Source: Takakia lepidozioides (Eukaryota; Plantae; Bryophyta). From it: a stretch of 64,000 bases of DNA. Every line of letters starts with the position of its first letter. The first letter of the stretch is position 1. The position numbers and the translations under genes are program-made. Below are positions 47,830 to 58,582 of this stretch, one piece after another. The stretch is taken from the NCBI GenBank assembly GCA_030704615.1, contig CM060731.1, positions 2,170,001-2,234,000 of the forward strand, in the 5' to 3' direction. The notes beneath the pieces were generated by a model. That model searched no databases and was not told the origin of the DNA. It was given only the letters and a program-made list of their open reading frames with translations.

Positions 47830-50800
47830 TAGGTTAATGAAACAAAACTTCGTCTCCGGGCCTGCTTTGTAGACATGTAGTATCTCAGACACGTCTCCAT
47901 GCTGGTAAGTTTATGTGATAAGGAGGGGGTCAGCTTGCTGCTAATTGTGCCCAGTAAGGACTCACTTGCCATATGTAGAGACAGGTGATCCGCCTTTCTT
48001 GAATTTTGTGATGGATATCAAGGTTGCATTTGGCTTCAACATAGGTATGGTATGTGAATTCATCACAGCGGGTAGACTTCAGTCTGGCTTGACAAAAATC
48101 AGGCATTTGTGTAAGGGCTTTTACCTTCATTTTCCTGATAATAGAGAGGGCTAAACTCATTTTCTGGCTCTCCACATTGACAGCTTTGAGTTTAGCTAGA
48201 AACCGCTCAGCCCCTGCCGCGACGCTGAGATTCGGGAAACTGTACTGAAAGAGAGATCGGGGCATGGTCAAATCCAAGAGGGATGGGCTCCTGGGGGAGC
48301 TTTCTAGAGAGTTGAACCAAATCCAGTGAAACATAAGCTCTGTCTAGGCGTGCCATGCAGAGGTCCACAAATGTTCTATTATTGGTTCAAGTGAATGAAA
48401 GGTTTGATGATTGGCCAAAGATTGGCACAGCCTCAGTCAGATTGTGGTTTTGCATACATGAGAACCGATGATCCATCTCCTCAGGACTGGGGCTGTAAGA
48501 ATCCTCTGGGGCTTCCACCATATTGAGGTCTCCAGAAATGATCCAGCTGTCAATAGAGGGTTGAGCTGTCAGTCCAGCATTAAGGGTGCTCCAGAATTCT
48601 GCACGTTCAGCTGGTGTATTTGGCGCGTAAATGTTCACTAAGCCTATTGTGCCGGAATTGTTAGGGAGGGTGATTGAGCAAAATTGGATTATGCCTGGGA
48701 GCCAGATAGAATCAGCAAATAGGTAGGTCTGAAGGGAGGGAGAAAGTAGAATAGCCGTTCCTCCCATTGTGCCCTCCAAAGTTGGTTTCCATAATGCATT
48801 GGCTAGAGGCCACATGTGGTCTGTGAGGCTGTCTATTTTAATCTAGTCCAGTTTATACTCTTGCAGGAAGACAATGGCATCAATTTGGAGGAAGGCTGCC
48901 AGCCAGTTTTTAATGTTAACCCTTTTTAGGGAAGCAGCATTCGCCCCCAAGCCTCTAAGATTCCAGGAATGAAGATTAAGTATCATCCGGAGGCATAGGT
49001 AGGCTTGGACTTGGTATCAAATTTGATGGCCTTACTTGTCGGAAGGAGAATTGAACCCTGCGGTCTCGAGGTGTGAAGGCTGTTACCCAGGCAAAGGAGA
49101 GTGGTGGTTTTTGGTTTTTTTTTAACGATTTGTATGAAGATGCCTCTAGTGGTGACAGAGTGGGGGTTGGGAGGCACAGCCTGAAACTGGTCTGAAGGCA
49201 CCCGGGAAATTGATAGGGACTGAATCTCCACTCCTTTGGGGAAAAACCCCGAAGAAAAAAGTGGCTTAATCTGTGGGGACAATGATCAACTGGCAGCAAC
49301 AGTCACCACCATGCACATCTCCCCTCCTCCCATAAACAATACAAGCCCCGTCTCCCCACCATCAATCGTGGACGCCAGTCAGCCACATGACAACATTGAT
49401 CCTCCACCTGCAGTCCGTCAGCCCAGCCCAACATCCGACCCCCCCCCCCCCCCAGGTTCTCTTCTCTCCCTCTCCATGTTTTTTCTTCAAGTGCTCTCAA
49501 AGACCCTGGCAGGTGCTGGATGCTTTGTGGAAAAGAAAAGTACTTCTCGGGGAAACCAAAGAGGCATTTGTTACAAACCTTTGACCCCGCAGATTGCATC
49601 CCCTCTGGTACACTCCCCTCCGACGGTTCCTTGACTGACAAATAGCACTGAAGTCATCTGGGGAGGAAACCGCATTGGCCCTTGAGGAGGCTGAAGAAGC
49701 CGTGTTCGTGTCTACCACCATGACCTCGTTGACATAGTCCCTTGTCCTTTGCACCTCCATCCTGTGGTTTTCTTCGTCTATTTCCAGCTCCAGGAATGCC
49801 AATAACAGTTGGAAGCCATTAACCAAGGTGACTTGGTTCCTGATCTGAAGTGGGTGGCATCCCTGGGTTGCTGAGAGCCATTGATTGTAAGTCCATATTG
49901 CCTCTAGAGGAGGAGGCGTATTGTATATCTCTGCACCTTCCATTAAGGCCAGCACCTGGGTAGATGGCCTGCAGCTTAATCCAGGATGATCTTCCAGGTA
50001 AGCCCCCCAAGAAATTCTGGTTGAAGGGGTCAAGAAATAGTGGGGCAGGAAGGCCTCAAAAAATTCTTGAATCTTGTATTTGAACAAGATTTCCGGGCTG
50101 CTATTGGGCGGGTTTGCCCTCATGAATTGTTTGACATCTGTGGTCTTGACCCATAGAGATTCAACACATTCCATATCATCGGATGTGATGAGGATTGCAG
50201 GGGGGTTCCCTTTTATGAAAATCAGTGGTGTGATGCACGAAGCCTTGGGAGCTGCAAATGTCTCCAAGGCAGAGCATCCGAGCAGATCCAGATTTGGAAA
50301 TGAGCATGTGTTGAGGCAGATATTAGCAAAGGAAGAATTGCATGAGATACCTGTAGTGATTTGCGGACCTCGTTTGGTAGTGGGGCCTCAGTGGGGCTCG
50401 TCAGCTGGATTGCAGGTGTTGTTGAATCTTCTCCCATCTTTTCTTTGCCTTTGCTGCTAGATGATTTTCTTTGCTGATGAACTTTGACCTCCTCTTGCAT
50501 TGGGTCTCGGCTAGAGTCCAAGTTGGAGGGGGAATGTGGTCTGGGTCTGAATTGTAGGGAGTCCAAGAGATTCAGTGGCTCAACTGTTTGACCTCCAGAT
50601 ATCGCTGTTGGCTGTGGATGAATGGCTTGAATCCCATGAGCGAGGGTGGAGGTTGATGCTTGTGGCAGTCCATGACCCTGATTGTGCGTTGTGGCAAGGG
50701 GTGCCTGAGGAGATCTCTTCCGCTTTGCTAATGGGCAATCAAGCTTGATGTGGCCTAGTTGGCGGCAATTGAAGCAGGCAGAATAGGTAGTGTCTTCAAT

Positions 50801-52000
50801 GAGCTGAATGGTGAAGTAGTTGCCTTCCTCATCTATTGGAAGCCTCACATATTGTGGCAAGGCTTCCTCATTGGGCATCATAAGCACAAACTTAGCAAAT
50901 CCAGTCTCGTTGAGGCGGGATGCAATCGTTACAGAGCTCCAAGAGGGGTCCTGTCTTAGGTTCAACGTGCACATTTGGGATCAAACACGGCCAGGCAGCC
51001 AAGGTATGAGCCAAAGTGATTGGCTATGTCCGGTAAGTTCTGTAAATACTGATCTGGAATGTATGGAACCGAAATGATTCTGGGGCCCTAGAGCTTCCCA
51101 TTTCTATGGCACATTTAAGATGACCACGGAAAGATATTTACGTTGAATCCCTTTGTGTGTGGGTTGAATGAAAGAGCTTGGTTGGCAGCTTCCTTGGATT
51201 CGAAGACGATTGAGTAAAATTGTCGGCCTTTGGCATGGCAGAATCTTTGTTTGATTTTGCCCGGGCCCCCAAGGTGTCTGATAGCCCAGTCACGGACATG
51301 GGCCCTGTTGACCTTTTTCCCTGGAAAATGAATCAAAATACCATGCTCCTCCAAGTCGGCCAGCCTATTCTGGAGGTCCGGAACATTCAACAGAATCAAG
51401 GGGTAATCTTTGTCCAACTCTTCCTGATGTACCTTTGTGCCGTTAGACCAATCCCCATCAGTCGGTTGTGGGTGAGGAATTTCCTCCGGATTGGAAGCGA
51501 GTCTCAGGATTTTGAAGAATGGCTGAATGGGGGAGATGGGACTTGAAGTGAAAGGGGGGAGTGGGTGCTCTTACTGGAACATTGGTCGAATACTGCCTGG
51601 AACGCGTCTGGTGGGCCTGGAAGAACCCAGTCCCCGTGGAGGGCTGGGGTCTCCTTTGCTGTACACTTCCGTTGGGGAATCGTGACTCCCTTGCCTCCTT
51701 GTGCTGAGCATTGAAGAAACCCGGGGCCACAATGAGAGTGAAAAAATGACTGATGGTAGGTATGCATGCACGCTGGCAGTTGTATAATAGACTGCTGGTC
51801 TTCAATGACCTCCAAACAAACTGTGCATTCCGGCTGATCCGACCCGCACGTAGAAGCTTGACTAAGAATAAGCCAGAGGCGAGCTAAGTTGGCGACAGTG
51901 GTAGTTAGAGAAGGAGTAGACAATTTGGACACCCAGATGAACTTAGATTAGTGCTTAAACATGAGGGTGGATTAGGGGTAAGTGAGGGAGGCGAGCCGAG
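47830..52000 (-). mobile_element. L1-type LINE: ORF1 (DUF4283-like, CCHC knuckle) and ORF2 APE endonuclease; RT missing
   Basis: CFNCRQLGHIKLDCP knuckle; SWNLRGLG...VFLQEYK (near 48970-48850), LVNIYAPN, ISGDLNMV, ARLDRAY and DHAPI endonuclease motifs. Ends before any RT. Confidence 0.88.
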
Positions 52001-52434
52001 GAACGGGGAAGAGTGGGAAGCGCTGAAGAGAGAGGGTCTAATAAATAGAGACGGCTCCAGTACATCCAGCGGAGGGTACTGAATGATTAAAGGAGATGAA
52101 AGAGGGAGACAGCCTAAGGGGATGAACTATGGAGAAAAAAACATAGATTGGATTTTAGAAAAACTCCTCCGTTGATGAACATAAGGAAATGTAGCTTGAT
52201 TGATGGGGAAGTCTGAAGAAAGGCGGTGCCATCGATCAGGAACCACGCTGATAGTAGAACAATAGGATGAACTGCCATAACAAAGAGATGGAGAGAAAAA
52301 AAAACATATAAAAGAAAACATGATATGCCTATCTAACGAAAGTTGAGTTTGGGGGAAAGAGTATGCAGGTGTCTGTGAGGGTAGTGAGAGCCCCGTAGGT
52401 ATTGAAAGAGATGGGGGAAGTGCCCAGATGACCG

Positions 52435-53830
52435 TTGGGGGTCGTCTCGCAGCTCCGCCATCGCCATCGCCTTCCGCTGTCTATCATCTTTTCTCATAGT
52501 TATATTTCTTTAACTTTTCCTTTTTTTGGACTTTTTCTGTCCTCTTGTTCCTCTTCCTCCTTTGAATCATCTTCAAAGTCGTCATCATCCCTTTTATCCT
52601 TCTTGATCATTTTCCTTGCTCAATTCTGTTGGCTGTTTCAAATGCCTCTTCCACTGTATTATGTGGTAACATATCCACTTTCTTTTGTAAATCAGGTCTC
52701 AAACCATTTACGAACCAGGCCTTTTGTAAACTTGCAGGTGGCACATCAGCCAGTTTCCTGACCATTAATTCCATCTTTTCTAGATATTCCTCAACAATTT
52801 CATGCTTCTTCTGTCTCAACTATTGTAGGCTACTGTACACTTCCTCCGTGGTTTTTCTTGTCTTGAATCTGTTCCAGAATGTTGTTCTAAGAGCATTCCA
52901 AGTTTGAAAATGGTTATCAACAAATCGTGCATACCACTCAATCGCTTTCTTGATAAGTGAACAAGGAAATAATCTCAATTTTACATCATCATCATTCTCG
53001 TTGTTCACTACACACATGTGCCCAAATTGATTGATATGTATATCAAGATCCCCTTTTCCTGAGTAAATCAGAAAAGGTGGTCTCATACGTGTTGGAACTA
53101 TTGTTGCCATCTGTGGCCCTACTACTGGCCCTGTGGCTCGTGCTGGACCTCCTGTGGGTGCTGGTCCATGAGGACCCCCTGTGGTAGTGGTTGAACCCCC
53201 ACCAAGTGTTGATCCTTGAGCACTTACTATTATAGGTCCCCCCTGCAGTACCCCCAATTCCAGTTGCACTACTTCCCACACTCCCTGTCCCTCCAGAGAC
53301 GGATCCAAGCTGCTTGCTTGATCCCCCTGGACCGACACCTTTGTTGGTCAGTGATCCAAGTGTGTGTCACTTGATCCTGGTCCAACAGGTTGGGATGTCT
53401 TGGTTGCAGTACCAACATCAACTGTTGGGTCTACGTCTTCATACTCTTCGTCTTCCAAGTTTTTATATCGGTTCTCATCCTCCAAGTTCTTATCTTGGTC
53501 TTTTTCTTTGCTCATATAACTCAATTGAATTGGTGTTGGAGAGTCTGAACTCTCTACAGGCTCTTCCTCATCCTCCTCTCCTTCATTGGCTGGTGTATCA
53601 GAAACTGGAGTTCCTGCTCTTTGTGTACCGTGCCAACTCTGATCAAAGACTTCTGTTAAATCTTTTATCCAGGGATTCACTTCCGACCTTTCCCCTTGAG
53701 GCTGACCCTCTTCCGGTACCAAATCTCTTAATCTTTCTTGTAAAGAATAAGAAGGAGTGGCATCTAAATTAGGATCTTCAGGTATTGGTGATGTACCCTC
53801 TGGCTTTGGTGGAGTGAGAGGTCCAGATGG
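52435..53830 (-). mobile_element. Ty3/Gypsy gag remnant without LTRs
   Basis: YSGKGDLDIHINQF...KLRLFPCSL...AIEWY...TWNALRTTFWNRF; RQKKHE.VEEY...WFVNGLRPDLQ. Confidence 0.88.
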
Positions 53831-53865
53831 ATCCTTGCAACTGTATATACAATGAGGAAAACATA

Positions 53866-54306
53866 CCTCACTGTCGATTCTCCTCGAGGGAGGCCTGGGA
53901 GATTGGTATTTGTCGTTCTTGTTTTGCACCAAGGGTACCCATCATGCTTTGTGTCCATACCTTCCATGCGACCAGTAGCACCAAGCTTTCCTAATGGGGC
54001 AGGTGGGAGCTCAAATAGAATGTCACCATCCACCTTCTCAGGAAGAAAGCTGATATTTTGACATTCCATATTGCGGAAATCAATCTTTGAGAGGTCGGAT
54101 TTTTGAATGTCTTCACGGGAGGAAGATTTCTCAAATGGCTTCACAAACACATTGTCTAAACGAGAGTGCGAATTCTGAAACTTCTTCAGTACCTCAACAA
54201 TAGAACTGAGAGAGTCCACAGGAGGAGATGGTTGAGAGGATTTGGGCTGAGACACGAGGGAGCACTGAACCAACCATATAGTGACTGTCCTGCATGCAAA
54301 CTGCAA
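53866..54306 (-). pseudogene. N-terminus of a GCM-like MULE transposase (element 3)
   Basis: FLPEKVDGDILFELPP...MEGMDTKHDGYPWCKTRTTN aligns with PAQFDGDILFELNPP...GMDKKHDGHLWCRTKTSN at 41846. Confidence 0.85.
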
Positions 54307-54578
54307 TGCAAGGTGAAAATGTCACCTGCTGATGTCAGTGTATCCTGACTGCCACAATCTAGGGTGGTTTGTGGGGGAGAAGATAGGGTAACAAAACCGT
54401 TAAAAGCATTAGCTCCACAGTACCGTTCGTAATAATGAATTCGGCATTCTGCCCATTGAAAAACACCGAATTCGGGACCCCATCAAGCTCATGGAGAAGG
54501 TTCCATGGAGTGTTCAAGGGGGTGGAGAAGAATGCACAAACGGTCTGCGGCGTTGCACACCGTTTAAGCTCCCTCTGA

Positions 54579-54910
54579 ATGTGTGCTTTGACTGGAAGGG
54601 TAAGAATGGAGGCTGTTGTTTGGGGTTCACAACAATGTAGGAAAGTGGTGTGCGGCACCACACACCATCTCTGCAGTACTGACCCGTCTGTCGAAACATT
54701 GCAGGGGAATATGCAGAGAGTGGTTGTCGAGAACCCACCTGTAGAGACAGTGGAGGTCCAGACAGAGGACATGGAGGAAGATGTGGAGGATGCATACTAC
54801 GAAAGCAAGGCCGCGCAGGTGATGGGGAACCAGAAAGTGAACTCGCAACTTGTAATCAACCACATGATTGTAGCAGGTGGGAGGTTGAGGATTTCGCTTT
54901 GCAGAATCTA
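54579..54910 (+). pseudogene. Third, 5'-only copy of the ParB-like cargo gene, divergent from the transposase
   Basis: EDAYYESKAA...MIVAGGRLRISLCR aligns with DEFYESKAA...FAPGGRLKIPLCR (37.3 kb) and LIEDGVMDIPLCR (20.45 kb). Confidence 0.75.
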
Positions 54911-55274
54911 TGCCAATTGTTCGACCATTGCTCAGTAGCGTTCTTGCAGGGTAACTTAAGCACCATGCCCAAGCATGCAATCACGCTCCATCTCCCCAAA
55001 CTTGACCCCCCCAAGACTGTTGCGATCATTCATGGGTTGTCGGAGGAGGAGATTCACCGGCCCACCATAGCCACGGTAATTGATTTTATCATCGACCATG
55101 TGAGGTAGTCATTGATAAAATGTCGGACCGACCGACAACTGGCATGCCTTCGGGGAAATCCCACCAGCGGTTATAGGTTCCATCCGCGGAAATAGGTACC
55201 GTACCTTTTGTAAAAAACCCTGAGGCAGCCTCCGCTCACGTGAGTACCGGCTCACGATCTAGCATTCCCCCTCA

Positions 55275-55620
55275 ACATGTAGGTCAATATGGGAGCGGAT
55301 GCACACTGGAGTGTTGGCAAATTGCTTGAGTGAGATATTTTTTTGTGGACTAAAATGATTGCACGTTGTGCCAAGTATGGGTGTGTAATAAAGCCTTGGA
55401 GACATGATCAGATGATGTTGGAAGGGGCAATGCCCAATGTGCGTGTGAGCCTGGCAGCCCTTGAAAAGGGCAAAGAATTGATGGTGACATCATGATAGTT
55501 GGAACTGTACCAGATATGATTATGAATACAACCTCTTAGATATGTATGCCAAATGTGGTAACATCAAGGATTCAAAGGTAGTGTTCAGGAATATGGCTGA
55601 CCTTGATGTGGTTTGATGGC
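55275..55620 (+). pseudogene. PPR pseudogene fragment
   Basis: SLAALEKGK and LLDMYAKCGNIKDSKVVFRNMADLDVV; homologous to 35.6-35.95 kb. Confidence 0.8.
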
Positions 55621-56969
55621 AACGTTTTTCCAACGTTCGAATGAAGACGGATGAAGACGATGTTCATCCCGTGTGATTTTTCTCATCCACAAAGAAGGCG
55701 ATGAATGTGCAATTTTTGGCGATGAATTACCCCGATCCAGGTCCATCCGTGCCCACCAATTATTATCTAGAGTCACGGTTCATTGCCAAACATTCCTCCA
55801 TCACCCGCACGTGCTGGATGATGACGACATTCGTTGTGGTTCACCCTTTATCATCCATCGGCATGAGACATCGCCGAACATTCATCGAAGTGCAATATTG
55901 ACTTTCACATAATGGTAACTGAACCCCAAAATCTGGAAGTTTCGATTAAACCCCTCGCTTGAAAAGAATACCACCGATGACCAATTGATTTGCATGTTAC
56001 TCTTTTCCATATGAATTCATCATGTGGAGAAGCAATGCGGGGGATGTTCAGTGCCGAACAACCACACAAGATTAGGCATATTTTCACGTTGGGACCATAT
56101 CAGTGTGGAATATTACCAATCCTTTTATTTAGGACTCTGAAAACCAATGAGTGGTCGGCAACGAACACCCAGATGGTTCAATCAAACCATCTTATTTTGG
56201 TCCCCTCTTTGAAATATTGTGGCTACATCACGACGCAGGTGGGGTGTAACACAGTCTCAGAGTGGGTTATTTTTTAACATGCATCAGAGAAAAATGACGA
56301 AACCGTATTGCAAACATGGTGAACAAAGGACATGCATGATTGAAAACATATATTCCAAACTGCATCTTTTTGCAAGATTGATAATACAACATCGCTATTC
56401 GTTGCCGAACAGAACACATCATGCAGCAAGTGAACATCATAACTATTGAGGTGACAGCAGATTGCGCCAAACATATGCAGGATATCCCAGTCAAAATTTC
56501 AATTTGGTTCTGAGGTGACAAAAGATTGGGCCAAACACATGCAGGATATTCCAGTCAAAATTCAAATTTGCCACGAACAGCCTCGTTGTTCGGTGTCGAA
56601 CATTAAGAGAGGCCTGGAGAATGCACATCACAAACAGCTCTCCTCCTACCTAAACTTGCAAAATAATCAATCAAAGGAGTATGCAGGCTCGATAATAGTG
56701 GCTCCCTCTTCTCCAATAAGGTTGATAATTTATAGTGGTTGTCATCTCCAGCGTGGAACATTGCTGAACGACCTCTTCTGAATGTTCAATGTGCGGACAC
56801 CTTCAGTCACATGCGTGAAAAGATGCAGATATTCACGTAGGCCAGATGAAAGTGTCTCCGTCGTTCCGTCAAACTCCCGCACTTCAATGTCGTACCCAAT
56901 TTCGAGGTTCAGCAATGTCACAAGAATGTTCCCGGGACCAAATGCCGGTAGCTGGAGCCCCTCTCCAGC

Positions 56970-58450
56970 CCTCTACCTTATTCAAAGATGTACATAATTA
57001 CTGTAAGAGTTGTGATGAATGTCAAAGGCTGGGACCTTTGCAGAGATCTGGAAAGATGACACTACATCCTACAATGCCTATTGAACCATTTCAGAAATGG
57101 GGATTAGACTTTGTTGGACCAATTAATCACCAGCCAGGACCACCCAAAACAAGTATTATATCCACAGCCTTGGAATTTACGGATTATCTACTAAGTGGAT
57201 ATAGAAAGTCTGAAAACAGCATGAAGGACTGAACTTGTAAGTATCACACAGCGAACTCTACACGCGAGATTTTTATGAGAACATAATCACGAGATTTGGC
57301 TGTCCCTTGGAATTTATCAGTAAAAGGATTTATCTTGTAGACTGAAAGTGGAAGCATTGTAAATTAGGAGTCATGTTTTCTTTTCAGCGATGAGTGCTGC
57401 TCAAGAATGAAAGTGGTATGTAGTCTGAAAACGAGTGCATGAAGGAGTCCTCTTTGTCGTGAACTTGTAAGAATTTCATACGTCAGCACCAAGTATAATG
57501 CAGTCCAACCTGTTGGGGCATATTGACAGTGCAGCCATGAGAACTAGGGTGTAACGATCAGATCAGGAAGGTGGAACATGCGAATGTACGGATCAGATGA
57601 ACCATCGAGTGCTGACTTCTTTTGCTTTGGATGAATTAAAAGAAAACAAATAAACAGCAAAAAGAGTGATTGTGAAAGCGTAGAGAGAAGGGAAAGAGAA
57701 ATAGCTAGGGGACTGGATGTTGTTTTCCTCTTCCGCTGCAGCAGCATCTATTCCTTGAGCACTAATGAAGTAGGACATGTGACAGCAAGAAGTACAGGGA
57801 GCCCCTCTTTTGCTCTACAAATGAGACTATTGAACTGTTGACTAAGGAGTTCATGATTGTGACAGGAAGAGTACAACCTATTACCCACAGGGCAATGGGC
57901 AGGCAGAGGCCACCAACAAGATTCTATGCACTATCCTTGCTAAGATAGTCAATGCCAACAGAACTGATTGGGATATAAAGTTGTTGACAACTTTGTGGTC
58001 ATACAAGACTTCATACAAGGTCACCCCCAAGTATACACCATTCCAATTAGTCTATGGCATGGAAGCTCTACTTCCAGTGGAATTCTTATTACCTACCATG
58101 AGAACTGAATGGGGAAGGAGAATGGAATTGGAGGATTCAATTAAAGTAAGGAAACATGAACTATATCATGTGGAAGAAGTACGTGCTGATGTAGCAGATA
58201 ACATGGCCAGAATTCAGATGAAAAGAAAGGATTGGTTTGATGAAGACAAACTAAAAAATTTTAAGACAAGAGATTTGGTACTGTGGTTGCAGAAGAAGAG
58301 AAATATTAAAACCTCTAAGCTTAAATCACCATGGAAGGGACCTTATGTCATACATAAGATGTATGATAACAACATAGCTATGTTACAAACCATTAACAAA
58401 GAGATGCTTGGTAGAGTCAATGCCAACAAATTGAAGGGATACAGTGGTAT
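56970..58450 (+). mobile_element. Ty3/Gypsy integrase (HHCC end, rve core, GPY/F), interrupted at about 57320-57815
   Basis: YCKSCDECQR, PFQKWGLDFVGPI, IITRFGCP, YYPQGNGQAEATNK, TPFQLVYG, WKGPY. Confidence 0.92.
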
Positions 58451-58582
58451 CCATGATAGACCATTGCAACATGATTTGCATCTTGAAACACAGATGCAAT
58501 CACAGGCTACACCAGTAGCACCAGCGGAGCATAAATCACTTGTCATAATGCCAAATGTGTATGGCCATAGCAGAAAACACAT

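Larger units (their letters stand above)
45926..55271. mobile_element. Mutator-like element 3 ends: 21-bp perfect TIR pair enclosing LINE, Gypsy and PPR pieces
   Basis: GGGGGAATGCTAGATCGTGAG (45926-45946) and CTCACGATCTAGCATTCCCCC (55251-55271). Inner match CCTATTTCCGCGGA (near 45957 and 55183-55196) and CGGTTATAGG motifs. No TSD. Confidence 0.8.
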
